Below are positions 1-11,566 of a stretch of DNA of 64,000 nt, one piece after another. Position 1 is the first letter of the stretch. Every line of letters starts with the position of its first letter. Under the pieces are notes generated by a model that saw only the letters and a program-made list of their open reading frames with translations, did no database searches and was not told the origin of the DNA. The translations under genes were made by a program, and so were the position numbers. Source of the DNA: Octopus vulgaris (Eukaryota); contig OX597817.1 of the NCBI GenBank assembly GCA_951406725.2, positions 74,958,001 through 75,022,000 on the forward strand, in the 5' to 3' direction.

Positions 1-337
1 TAAAAATCACTTCTATTTCCACTGTAAATAATAAGCTCTTAATTAAATTGAATCCTTCGGTTTTGTTACTATGCCAACAAGCCATCCTTCCTTTGAAAGA
101 CAGGTTTTGACAATTTAAAAAAAAATGAAATACTGTTAATAATTATTAATAATTTATGTTAATTACAAAAACCTAAAAAGTGGTCAGATTACATTTAAAT
201 TATTAAAGGCCGTTAAGTGTAAAATTTCAATATTCCTGATAAATCATGTTTATTGCTGAAAGCAATAGTCATTTCAGAGATGAAAATGATATTTTCCAAT
301 TATTTTTACGCCTAAAAAAAAAAAAATCCCTTAATAG

Positions 338-500
338 GTACAGGCATGGCTGTGAGGTAAGAAGCTTGCTTCCCAACCACATGGTTCCAGGATCGGTCCC
401 ACTGTATGGCACCTTGGGCAAGAGTCTTCTACTATAGCCCCGGGCTGACCAAAGTCTTATGAGTGAATTTAGTAGAGGGAAACTGAAAGAAACCTGTCGT
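338..500 (+). mobile_element. tRNA-derived SINE head (family A); its 3' half resumes near 1795-2005
   Basis: Same sequence as the intact copies at 20808, 25093 and 28040 (ggctgtgtggtaag...ggttcagtcccactg...ggaaactgaaagaa). Confidence 0.75.
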
Positions 501-518
501 ATGTATATATATATATAT

Positions 519-715
519 CATCGTCATCATCATCATCATCATCATTTAACGTCCACTTTCCATGCTAGCATGGGTTGGACGATTTGACTGAGGTCTGGCG
601 AACCAGATGGCTGCACCAGACTCCAATCTTATCTGGCAGAGTTTCTACAGCTGGATGCTCTTCCTAACGCCAACCACTCTGAGAGCGTAGTGGATGCTTT
701 TACGTGTCACTGGCA

Positions 716-716
<1 letters not shown>
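519..716 (-). mobile_element. RTE LINE 3' tail
   Basis: (CAT)n plus tttaacgtccactttccatgctagcatgggttggac, matching the 3' end of the RTE at 11567-13469. Confidence 0.75.
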
Positions 717-767
<51 letters not shown>

Positions 768-1000
768 ATATATATTTATTTATACAATAATAAATCTCTA
801 AACGAGATATAAACAGTAACTGCTCTATAACATAAGGGGCATCAGCCATCTGAATGTGGCTAGGGACAGGGCGGGGTGGTGGGGGTGTTACTGATGCATT
901 TAGCCCCAGGCGATCATCGACGTCACCAGGAGGGCTGACACCATCTCAGTGTCCTCTAGCCTGCAAAGGGAGATCACCTTCCCCGAAGATACGGATACTA

Positions 1001-1044
1001 CATACGGACCAGGTTTCGAGGTAATTGCCTCTTATCAATGCATG
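1001..1044 (-). ncRNA. Hammerhead motif, inverted copy with a stem I mismatch
   Basis: catgca-TTGATAA-gagg caatta cctc-GAAAC ctg GTC-cgtatg; the closing pair of stem I is A.C. Confidence 0.6.
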
Positions 1045-1509
1045 GTAAGCACTGTTCTCCGACGAAGGACTCTCTCTACAGGCCATATATATAAGGATTT
1101 TCACAGTAAACACAGTCACTGATGTAGAAAAACCGTTCGAAAACAATAATAAATCTCTAAAAAGAGGCAATTACCTCGAAACCTGGTCCGTATGTAGTAT
1201 CCGTATCTTCGGGGAAGGTGATCTCCCTTTGCAGGCTAGAGGACACCGAGATGGTGTCAACCCTCCTGGTGACGTCGATGATCGCCTGGGGCTAAATGCA
1301 TCATTAACACGCCCACCATTCCGCCCTGTCCCTAGCCACATTCAGATGGCTGATGCCCCTTATGTTATAGAGCAGTTACTGTTTATATCTCGTTTAGAGA
1401 TTTATTATTGTTTTCGAACGGTTTTTCTACATCAGTGACTGTGTTTACTGTGAAAATCCTTATATACATGGCCTGTAGAGAGAGTCCTTCGTCGGAGAAC
1501 GGTGCTTAC

Positions 1510-1553
1510 CATGCGTTGATAAGAGGCAATTACCTCGAAACCTGGTCCGTATG
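1510..1553 (+). ncRNA. Type I hammerhead ribozyme motif, U3-A8 variant
   Basis: catgcg-TTGATAA-gagg caatta cctc-GAAAC ctg GTC-cgtatg: 6-bp stem I, 4-bp stem II, minimal stem III; predicted cut after C1547. Confidence 0.75.
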
Positions 1554-1723
1554 TAGTATCCGTATCTTCGGGGAAGGTGATCTCCCTTTGCAAGCTAGAC
1601 GACACCGAGATGGTGTCAGCCCTCCTGGTGACGTCGATGATCGCCTGGGGCTAAATGCATCAGTAACACCCCCACCACCCCGCCCTGTCCCTAGCCACAT
1701 TCAGATGGCTGATGCCCCTTATG

Positions 1724-1786
<63 letters not shown>

Positions 1787-2407
1787 TATATTTGTGTGTG
1801 TCTATCTGTTTGTCCACCTGGCATCGCTTGACAACTGAAGCTGGTGTGCTTCTGATCCCATAACTTAGCAGTTTGGCAAAAGAGACTGATAGAATAAGTA
1901 CAAGGCTTACAAAGAATAAGTCCTGGGGTTGATTTCTTCAACTAAAACTCCTTTAAGGGGATGCTCCTGCATTGCCACAGTCAAAGTGACTGAATCAAAT
2001 AAAAAAAAATAATACCTTTATTTTTTACTTTTTATCTTTTAGTTATTTCAGTCATTAGGGAGAATTAGTCTTGGAGAATTTTAGTCAAATAAATTGACCC
2101 CATTACTTTTTTTTTATAGGATGAAAAATCTTGAACATCATCATCATCATTTATTGTCTGCCTTCCATGCTGACACAGGTTAAATGGTTTGACAGGAGCT
2201 GACCAGGCAGAAGACTGCACCAGGCTTCTGTGTCTGTTTTAGCATGGTTTTTACAGCTGGATGCCTTTCCTAACATCAACCACCCCTGATTTTATAATTT
2301 TTTTAATTAGAATTTGTTAATAGAATTTGATCAAATTGCAATCACAATTCACTCTGAGCATCATCCTCATTATTTAACATCTGTCTTCCATGCTGGCATG
2401 GGTTTAA

Positions 2408-2603
2408 CCCTTAAGCATTCATATTACTCAGTCACCTGTAATGCTTATTTATTCACATGTCTTTGAATTAATCATGCATTATCTCATAGGTTTGAGATTT
2501 TGATGATGTGATTGTTTATTTTTAGAATGACACAGTAGGGTAGGTGTGACATAAAACTGGTAAAATATGTTGGCCAAATATAGCCAGTTTAAATGCTAAC
2601 AGG
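2408..2603. mobile_element. piggyBac-like MITE nested in an RTE tail
   Basis: TTAA on both sides, imperfect ccc...agg termini; related copy at 42026-42228. Confidence 0.6.
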
Positions 2604-2967
2604 TTAAGAGGATCTGATGTGTTGTAGGACTATGCTGAGTTTGTGTCTGTTTTGGCATGGTTTCTATAGCTGAATGTCCTCTCCAATGCCAATCATTTTA
2701 CAAAGTGTATTACATGCTTTTTTAATAGCACTGGCACTAATGAGGTTGCCAAGTAATTTGCAAGCCCCCACTGCAACAAAAAAAACCAAAAATGTTTACT
2801 GAGTCGGTGTGTAGTAGAGAGGGAGATGGCTTAGACCAGGTAGCGAGAGATTAAAATATAACAGAGTACCAGAAACTTGTATCTTAACTATAGAGGAGGT
2901 ACATGACAACCTTATAAGACCTTAATGATATTTGAAAAACAAAATCTGATTTTAGAACATTACATAC

Positions 2968-3114
2968 CATCTTCAAATTCCTTGTAGATATCAGATCCTG
3001 AAGGGAATGTTTGACGTAGAGGAGTTATTGGTCGGTCATCGTGATTATACACAGTAGGTTTTATAGGCAAGGAGGAGCCATTGTGTTTACCTGTGATTGT
3101 TTTTTCATCTTCAT
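2968..3114 (-). CDS. NEK11: NEK11-like C-terminal region exon
   Basis: tcacag|...|gtatgt, 147 nt. (D)EDEKTITGKHNGSSLPIKPTVYNHDDRPITPLRQTFPSGSDIYKEFED; phase 1 to 1; the gene continues left of the window. Confidence 0.8.
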
Positions 3115-5004
3115 CTGTGAAATTGTAAAATTAAAACTACATTTTAAATATTATGAAGGCAATGAACTAATAGAGAAAGAAAACAACACACAAGGGATAA
3201 GTATTAACAACTGTTGTATTATTTAATTGTTTAAAAAGGAAGTAAAGAGTCATTAGTTCTTCATCAGAAGAATGATAGAAAAAAATAAATAAATAAAAGA
3301 GGAGAGGGAATGAGAAAAATCAGTTGGAGGAAGAGAATATGATTTATGAAGAGAATATAATTTAGTTAGATTTAGTGGAAGCTGATCAACTAAATATCCA
3401 TTTAACTAGGTAAAAAAAAACATATACATACACATAACTACTGCCATCCTATGCAGAAGAACAATTGGCTCACAAGCATAGCTTGTATGATGATGATGAT
3501 GCTCATTTATAACTAGACAAGAAGGCACTGAACTACACACACACACACGTACACATACAACAAGCTTCTTTCAATTTCCATCAACCAAATCCACTTAGAA
3601 GGTTTTGGTCAGCTCAAAGTTATAGTTGAAGGCATTTGCCTACACCCTACACAGCCACACCGACATCCAACATGGCCACATCTGTGCATTATGTAGCCAT
3701 GTCAGTGCCCTAAACAGCTATGTATGCACCCTGGATTACATAAATTCTGGGTTACTTAACAATAATGTTATCTATATATAACATTACTTAAAGTCACAAC
3801 CAAGGACTAGGAGAGAGGGCATCTACATGGTCACACAGTCTGTTAGAAGTAACAGCCAAATGTCTCTTAAATCACACTCACTGTCTAAAAAAGTAGGGAA
3901 AGTTGCATTAGATAATATAGTCCCAGAAACTCTTAAAAAGATAGGAGTCATGGTTGGATGGCTTTAGATCATAGGTCTGTCTGATCAGAGGTGAGATAAG
4001 GCCAAACAACAACAACAATGTTGCCTGAGGGCAGAGTAAATCATATCTCATGTTTGTTATATTTTATCTTAGGCATTATAACATTACTTAAATGTTATAA
4101 TGCCTAAAATACAATATAACAAACATGGACAAAAGATCCAAAGTACACATATGTGATAAATCATCATCATCCTTATTTAATGCTCACTTTTCCATACTTG
4201 CATGGGTCAAGGAGAATTTGTAGAGGCAGATTTTCTCCAAATGGATGCCCTTACTGTCACCAACTGTCACTTGTTTTCAACCAAGATGATATTTCCCATA
4301 GCCAGATATCTTTTTTCATAGAAGACTGGAAACAAACAACATCACTTGCATGACGGTGATGTTTAATTACAGCCATCACATGATGTCAAGACAAGAATAT
4401 ACACAAACACATACATATATACATCATATATACATGTATACATTACGTAATTTTCATTTCAAATTTTTGTGTAAACTGGCATAAAATTGTCCCTGATACC
4501 AAATTTCATTTAATGAAATTTATTTCAGTTTACCACTATCCAACATTCACCAGTGACAACATTAAGTAGACAAAGGGAAAGACAATGAAATTGATAACCA
4601 TGACAGTTGCTAAGGAATAAAAATAATGATGATACTGGTGATGTGTATGGTGGAGGGGACTAATGTGGTTTGTAGTAGAGTGCGATAGATCACCTGCTAG
4701 CAAGCAGAGTTGGTACAGAAACAATTATAACGAATCCTTAAAAATGTGTTAAAGAATTTCTCTGTCATCTTACTATTTGGATTATAATTTACTCTTTGCC
4801 AAGCCTACACAAGGGTGTTACAGTTGTGACACCAGGATTTTCTAACCTTGAAGAATTTTGGCATTGGTCTGCAACCTGACAGTATTGACAGCCCAGAACT
4901 TGGGTTGTGTGCTTCTCTGGAAATACCTTACTATTATACCCTACAAGGACATTGATTATATATATATAATCCTAACCCTAACCCTAATATATATATATTG
5001 ATCA

Positions 5005-6350
5005 GAATCGAAATCGATCAATGGAAATCGATCAATGGAAATTGCAGATGTGTTACCAGTGCCGGTGGCATGTAAGAGAACTTTCCGTTTCGCGACCGTT
5101 GCCAGCACCGCCCGTTTCGTGTCCATTGCCAGCCTCGCCTGGCCCTCGTGCCGGTGGCACATAAAAAGCACCATCCGTTCGTGGCCGTTTGCCAGCTCTG
5201 TCTGGCACCAGTGCGGGTGGCACGTAAAAAGCACCCACTACACTCACGGAGTGGTTGGCGTTAGGAAGGGCATCCAGCCGTAGAAACACTGCCAGATTTG
5301 ACTGGGCCTGATGAAGCCTTCTGGCTTCACAGACCCCAGTAGAACCGTCCAACCCATGCTAGCATGGAAAACGGATGCTAAACGATGATGATGATGATGA
5401 TGATATGCATATACACATATACACACATAAATATACATATACTCTTTTACTCGTTTTAGCCATGCAGCTGTGGTCATGCTGGAGCACTGCCGTGATATCA
5501 TCATCATCATTTAAAGCCCAAGTTCCATGCTAGCACGGGTGGGATGCACCGGTGGCATGTAAAAAGCACCAACCAATCATGGCTGTTGCCAGCCATGCCT
5601 GGTACCTGTGCCGGAGGCACGTAAAAAGCATCCACTACACTCACGGAGTGGTTGGTGTTAGGAAGGGCATCCAGCTGTAGAAACACTGCCAGATCAGACT
5701 GGAGTCTGGTGCAGCCTCCTAGGTTCCCAGACCCCGGTCGAACCGTCCAACCTATGCTAGCATGGAAAATGGACATTAAACGATGATGATATATATATAT
5801 ATATATATAAATCAAAATCAAAATCAAATCAGATATCAGAAAGCAGAACCAAAATCGAAGTCAATCAACATCAATGGAAATTGCGGCTGTGATACCAGTG
5901 CCGGTGACAAGTAAGCAAACCATCCGATTGTGGCTGTTGCCAGCGCTGCCCCGACTGGCCTCTGTGCCGATGACACGCAAAAAGCACCATCCGTTCGTGG
6001 CCGTTGCCAGCGCCGCCCCGACTGGCCTCCGTGCTGGTGGCACGTAAAAGCACCATCCGTTCGTGTCCATTGCCAGCCTCGCCTAGCCCCCGTGCCAGTG
6101 GCACGTAAAAGCACTATCAGTTCGTGGCTGTTTGCCAGCTCCGTCTGGCACCTGTGCGGGTGGCACATAAAAAGCACCCACTACACTCGCGGAGTGGTTG
6201 GCGTTAGGAAGGGCATCCAGCCATAGAAACACTGCCAGATCAGACTGGGCCTGATGCAGCCTTCTGGCTTCACAGACCCCAGTTGAACCGTCCAACCCAT
6301 GCTAGCATGGAAAACGGACGCTAAATGATGATGATGATGATGATGATGAT
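5005..6350 (+). mobile_element. Three consecutive RTE 3' tails separated by (TA)n
   Basis: Each ends in ...aacccatgctagcatggaaaa...(TGA)n (near 5403, 5790, 6350) and has internal gtggcacgtaaaagcacc repeats. Confidence 0.75.
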
Positions 6351-6643
6351 ATATATGATATATATATAATATATTATATATATATATACATAGAATATAC
6401 ATATACATATATATATATGCATATATATACACATATATAAATACAAACACACATAAATATATATACAAACATAATTACATAAATAAATATATATATGGAG
6501 ATATATACATATATATATTTACATATATCTATATATATACATATATACATATCGTCAGTAAATCATAAATCCAAAAAAGAAGCACACTCTATGTTATGGA
6601 GCAGTAGAGTATATAGATAAAGATAGATAAGACTGGTTCATGT

Positions 6644-6701
6644 GGGTACCCTCAGTTTCATGTCCATAAAGTGCTTAGCTTTACAGCATTTCTTCAGACC
6701 C
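6644..6701 (-). ncRNA. Hammerhead motif in the opposite polarity
   Basis: gggt-CTGAAGA-a atgctgtaaag...ctttatggacat-GAAAC tgagg GTA-ccc; one A is missing at the cleavage site/stem I junction. Confidence 0.55.
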
Positions 6702-7036
6702 TAAGCCTGTTGGCCTATGGCCTTTCTAGCAATTGGCCTCTCTAGAAAATAGAGGAAGAAAAGACTTTGTTACTCTATGTCAAGAACAGGGGATTGCTTC
6801 TCTCCAGCCGTTATTCATAATTGACTCTGTTAGCATGTGGATCTCAGGACTCCAGCAAGAATTTCCTGAAGTGCAAGGAAATTCCGGCTGGCGACCTGGG
6901 ATCCACATATTAACAGGGTCAATAATGAATAATGGCTAAAGGGAAACAATCTCTGTTGTTGAGAGTAACAAAGCATTTTTCTCCTCCATTTTCTAGAGAG
7001 GCCACTTGCCAGAGAGTCCATAGGCCAACAGACTTA

Positions 7037-7095
7037 GGGTCTGAAGAGATGCTGTAAAGCTAAGCGTTTTATGGACGTGAAACCAAGGGTAACCC
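7037..7095 (+). ncRNA. Type I hammerhead ribozyme motif, canonical core
   Basis: gggt-CTGAAGA-g atgctgtaaag...ttttatggacgt-GAAAC caagg GTA-accc; predicted cut after A7091. Confidence 0.7.
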
Positions 7096-7311
7096 CATCC
7101 ACCCACCCATCCATCCATCCAAATTCAAACAAACAAATAATTTCTAACAGGCATTTTGTTTTAAGCTAAAAATCCATCCATCCATCCAAATTCAAACACA
7201 TAAATAATTTCTAACAGGCATTTTGTTTTAAACTAATAATCCATTCATCCATCCATCCATCCATCACTCCATCCATCCATCCATCCATCCATCCATCCAT
7301 CCACCCATCCA

Positions 7312-8869
7312 GGAGTCCCTAATTTGCATACCGAAAAGATTTATCACTCTATAAACTGTTTAAATACTCAACAAATGCAGCAGATATTCTATGCAGGAGT
7401 CCCTAATTTGTATACCGAAAATGTTTAACACTTTATAAACTGTTTAATTACTTAACAAATGCAGCAGTTATTCTATGCAGGAGTCCCTAATTTGTATACC
7501 GAAAATGTTTAACACTTTATAAATTGTTTAAATACTCCACAAATGCAGCAGTTATTCTATGCAGGAGTCCTTAATATGCATACCGAAAATGTTTAACACT
7601 TTATGAAATGTTTAAATACTCAACAAATACAGAAGTTATTCTATGAAGGGATCCCTAATTTGCATACCAAAAATTTTTGACACTCTATAAACTGTTTAAA
7701 TACTCAACAAATGCAGCAGTTATTCTATGCAGGAGTCCCTAATTTGCATACTGAAAATTTTTAACCCCTCTACAAACTGTTTAAATACTTAACAAATGCA
7801 GAAGTTATTCTATGCAGGGACCCTAATTTGCTTACCGAAAATGTTTAATCCCTCTATAAACTGTTTAAATACTCAACAAATGCAGCATTTATTCTATGAA
7901 GGAGTCCCTAATTTGCATACCGAAAATTTTTAACACACTAAAAAGTGTATATATACTCAACAAATGCAGCAGTTATTCTACGAAGGAATAACCGCTCTAG
8001 AAACTGTTTAAATACTCAACAAATGCAGAAGTTATTCTATGAAGGAGTCCCTAATTGGCATATCAAAAATTTTTAACAGCTCTATAAACTCTATATATAC
8101 TCAACAAATGCAGCAGTTATTCTATGAAGGAGTTCCTAATTTGCATACTGAAAATTTTTAACCAACTATAAACTGTTTAAACACCCAACAAATGCAGCAG
8201 ATATTCTATGAAGGAGTCCCTAATTTGCATTACGAAAATATTTAACTGCTCTATAAACTCTATACACACTCAACAAATGCAGCACTTATACTATGATGGA
8301 GTCCCTAATTTGCATACTGAAAATGTTTAACCCCTCTACAAACTGTTTAAATACTCAACAAATGCAGAAGTTATTCTATGCAGAGACCCTAATTTGCATA
8401 CCAAAAATGTTTAATCCCTCTATAAACTGTTTAAATACTCAACAAATGCAGCATTTATTTTATGAAGGAGTCCCTAATTTGCATAACGAAAATTTTTAAC
8501 TGCTCTATAAACTCTGTATATACTCAACAAATGCTGTAGTTATTCTATGCTGGGGTCCCTAATTTGCATACTGAAAAGTTTTGTCACTCTATAAACTGTT
8601 TAAATACTCAACAAATGCAGAAGTTATTCTATGAAGGGATCCCTAATTTGCATACCAAAAATTTTTAACACTCTATAAACTGTTTATATACTCAACAAAT
8701 GCAGCATTTATTCTATGAAGGAGTCCCTAATTTGCATACCAAAAATTTTTAACTGCTCTATAAACTGTTTAAATACTCAACAAATGTTGTAGTTATTCTA
8801 TGCTGGGGTCCCTAATTTGCATACCGAAAATTTTTAACCGTTCTATAAACTTTATATATACTCAACAAA
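7312..8869. repeat. 84-bp tandem satellite, ~18.5 units, bounded by (CCAT)n
   Basis: Unit ggagtccctaatttgcataccgaaaatgtttaacactctataaactgtttaaatactcaacaaatgcagcagttattctatgca, starting at 7312, 7396 and so on. Confidence 0.95.
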
Positions 8870-10009
8870 TCCATCCATCCGTCCGCCCGTCCGTCCACCC
8901 ACTCTTTTTGTGGCTTCAAAATTTCTTTACTTTTTTTAAACAAGAAGATGTGATGTGAGGAGGAAATATGGCTACTATTTCTAGTAGATTGAATGTCTGT
9001 GTAGAGACGCACTTGTTGATGCGTATAAATAAGTTGTCTCCCTTGCTTTAACTGTACTTTCCATGATTATATCTGCTTCTAGTTGAAACGTATTCAATAT
9101 ACTAAAAAGTTTTCTCCGCCTTAACTCAGCTAGTCCTCAAGTTTGCAAAAACAAACACTGGAACAAAACAAAAAGACATCACATTTTGTCATATTACGCA
9201 AGAACACTAGCATATCGGCAGTTTCTGTAATAATATCTATTTGCATTTTCTAACCACGTTTTTGTTACTACAAATAGGCAACCTTAGCAGCCAGCCAATC
9301 CACTGTTGACAAGTGGTCTTGCTTTCAGTTTCATATAAAACATGTTTATATAATTAAAATAACTGAAATTTGGCAATTTTTCGAACAGCTTGTCAGTTTA
9401 TAATTTTTTCCAATATAAACCAGTATGAAAGCTGCAGATGGGGCATATCGACTATAAGTGTACATTCCCCACGAATTTGTTTTCTTATAGCTTTCAGAAA
9501 TTTTTTTACAAGTACTGTTCAGATTATGTAAATTCTGATTATAGCGAAATTTATCGTCAAAGTTTTTCTCGGAGTGAGTCGGAGAAGAATTTCGAATAAT
9601 TCAAACAAGTTTGTTTCCTCTTAAAAATTAGTATTTTTTAATGGAATTTTCAGCAAAGATGATGGAATTTTCTGAAAGACGATGTAAATTACGATTGATT
9701 GGAATTTAATGGGAAACAAATTGGTGGACACGTTCACATACATACTGATACACACTACTAGCAAAATTGACTTATGTGTCAGTATGTGTATATGTGCATG
9801 CCAACCCCCCGCCCTTTTTTTTTTTTACATTAAATTCCCATATAATCGTAATCTACACCATCTGAAAGGCACTTTTAGAAAATCTAATTTAAAATGTGCA
9901 TTTTTCTGAAGGTCATGAAGAAACAAAATCGGCAGGGACACACTTGTGCAGGTATGCTAATAATTCTACAGGGATGTTGTTACTGGTATTATTGTTTAGC
10001 TCCAGATCA

Positions 10010-10130
10010 AAAAGATCTGCAGACCTATAAGCCAAGATGTCCTAGTAATAAAAAGATCTGCAGACCTATAAGCCAAGATGTCCTAGTAATAAAAAGATCT
10101 GCAGACCTATAAGCCAAGATATCCTAGTAA
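10010..10130. repeat. 41-bp tandem triplication
   Basis: aaagatctgcagacctataagccaagatgtcctagtaat at 10011, 10052 and 10093. Confidence 0.9.
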
Positions 10131-10831
10131 TGGCGATCCCTTCTATTTAAAAGTATCTGGAAATACATTATCTAATATGTTCTTCAAGATGGTAATGCAG
10201 AATTATGTGGAGGCACGTGACTTAGTGGTTAGGGTGTTGGACCAGGTGATGTGTTGTGTTCTTTGAGCAAAACACTTCATTTTACGTTGTTCCAATCCAC
10301 TTAGCTGTAGAAATGAGTTTAGCTTGGAATAGGCTAGAAAGCTCTGCCAGGTTTTCTTGCCCAAGATACGCTGCATGGCTGAAGTGCCCCAACCACCCAC
10401 AAAGAGTTAAGGGACTTGTTCATTGTCCAATGCAGAATTTGGAAAAAAGAATTGACTGTTATTTCATAGAGGCTGTCTTGTGCCTTGGGATGGAATGGTT
10501 TGTTGTGCTAGGCATTGGTTGGTGCTGTGAATTTGATTTGTTGTTTTGAGGTTTACTTTCTCTTACAAGTGTGGTTAAGATAAGAGTGCTGTGTTAAATT
10601 TTACTGGTGTCATCTGTTTGTTGAAGTTTGCCTGATCATAAGAAGTTGAGTGATTAATTTGAGAATCTGGATCATTTTAGTAAGTACTTAGAGCTGTTTA
10701 AAATATTAAATGCTTAAATTATCTATCATATAAGTGTAGGGATGGCTGTGTGGTTAAGAAGTTCACTTCCCAACCACATGGTTTTGGGTTTAGTCCTACA
10801 GCATGGCACCATAGGTAAGTATCTCCTACAT

Positions 10832-11348
<517 letters not shown>

Positions 11349-11566
11349 ACATATATATATATACATACACACACACACCTTGACTTAGGACCTATGCAAC
11401 TCAAGACCATCCACACTTATGACCACAAAAAATAAGGAAATAAAACCTCATATACACATAGGTATATGCTTGCATACATATATATTTAAACATTTATACA
11501 TATAAATATACATATCTATCTATCTATCTATCTATCTACATACATACATATATATATATATACATA

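Larger units (their letters stand above)
784..1727. mobile_element. Non-autonomous PLE/retrozyme-like element: 359-bp unit, one inverted copy plus ~1.6 tandem copies, in (TA)n
   Basis: 784-1161 is the reverse complement of the unit repeated in 1162-1727 (g1164 matches g1523); CpG-rich; carries a hammerhead motif. Confidence 0.75.
6644..7095. repeat. ~450-bp imperfect palindrome (foldback) with a hammerhead at each end
   Basis: Arms 6644-6867 and 6876-7095 are roughly 85% complementary by eye, around the 8-nt loop gaagtgca. Confidence 0.9.

Noticed and set aside
1408-1863. 151-aa ORF and its inverted twin 946..1170
   Set aside because: It runs into (TA)n, has no recognisable domain, and is explained by the hammerhead-bearing repeat unit.
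7312-8869. 84-bp array as a CRISPR array or as a C2H2 zinc-finger exon (84 bp = 28 codons)
   Set aside because: Whole units repeat with no unique spacers. No CxxC...HxxxH pattern appears, and all three minus-strand frames of the consensus contain stops.
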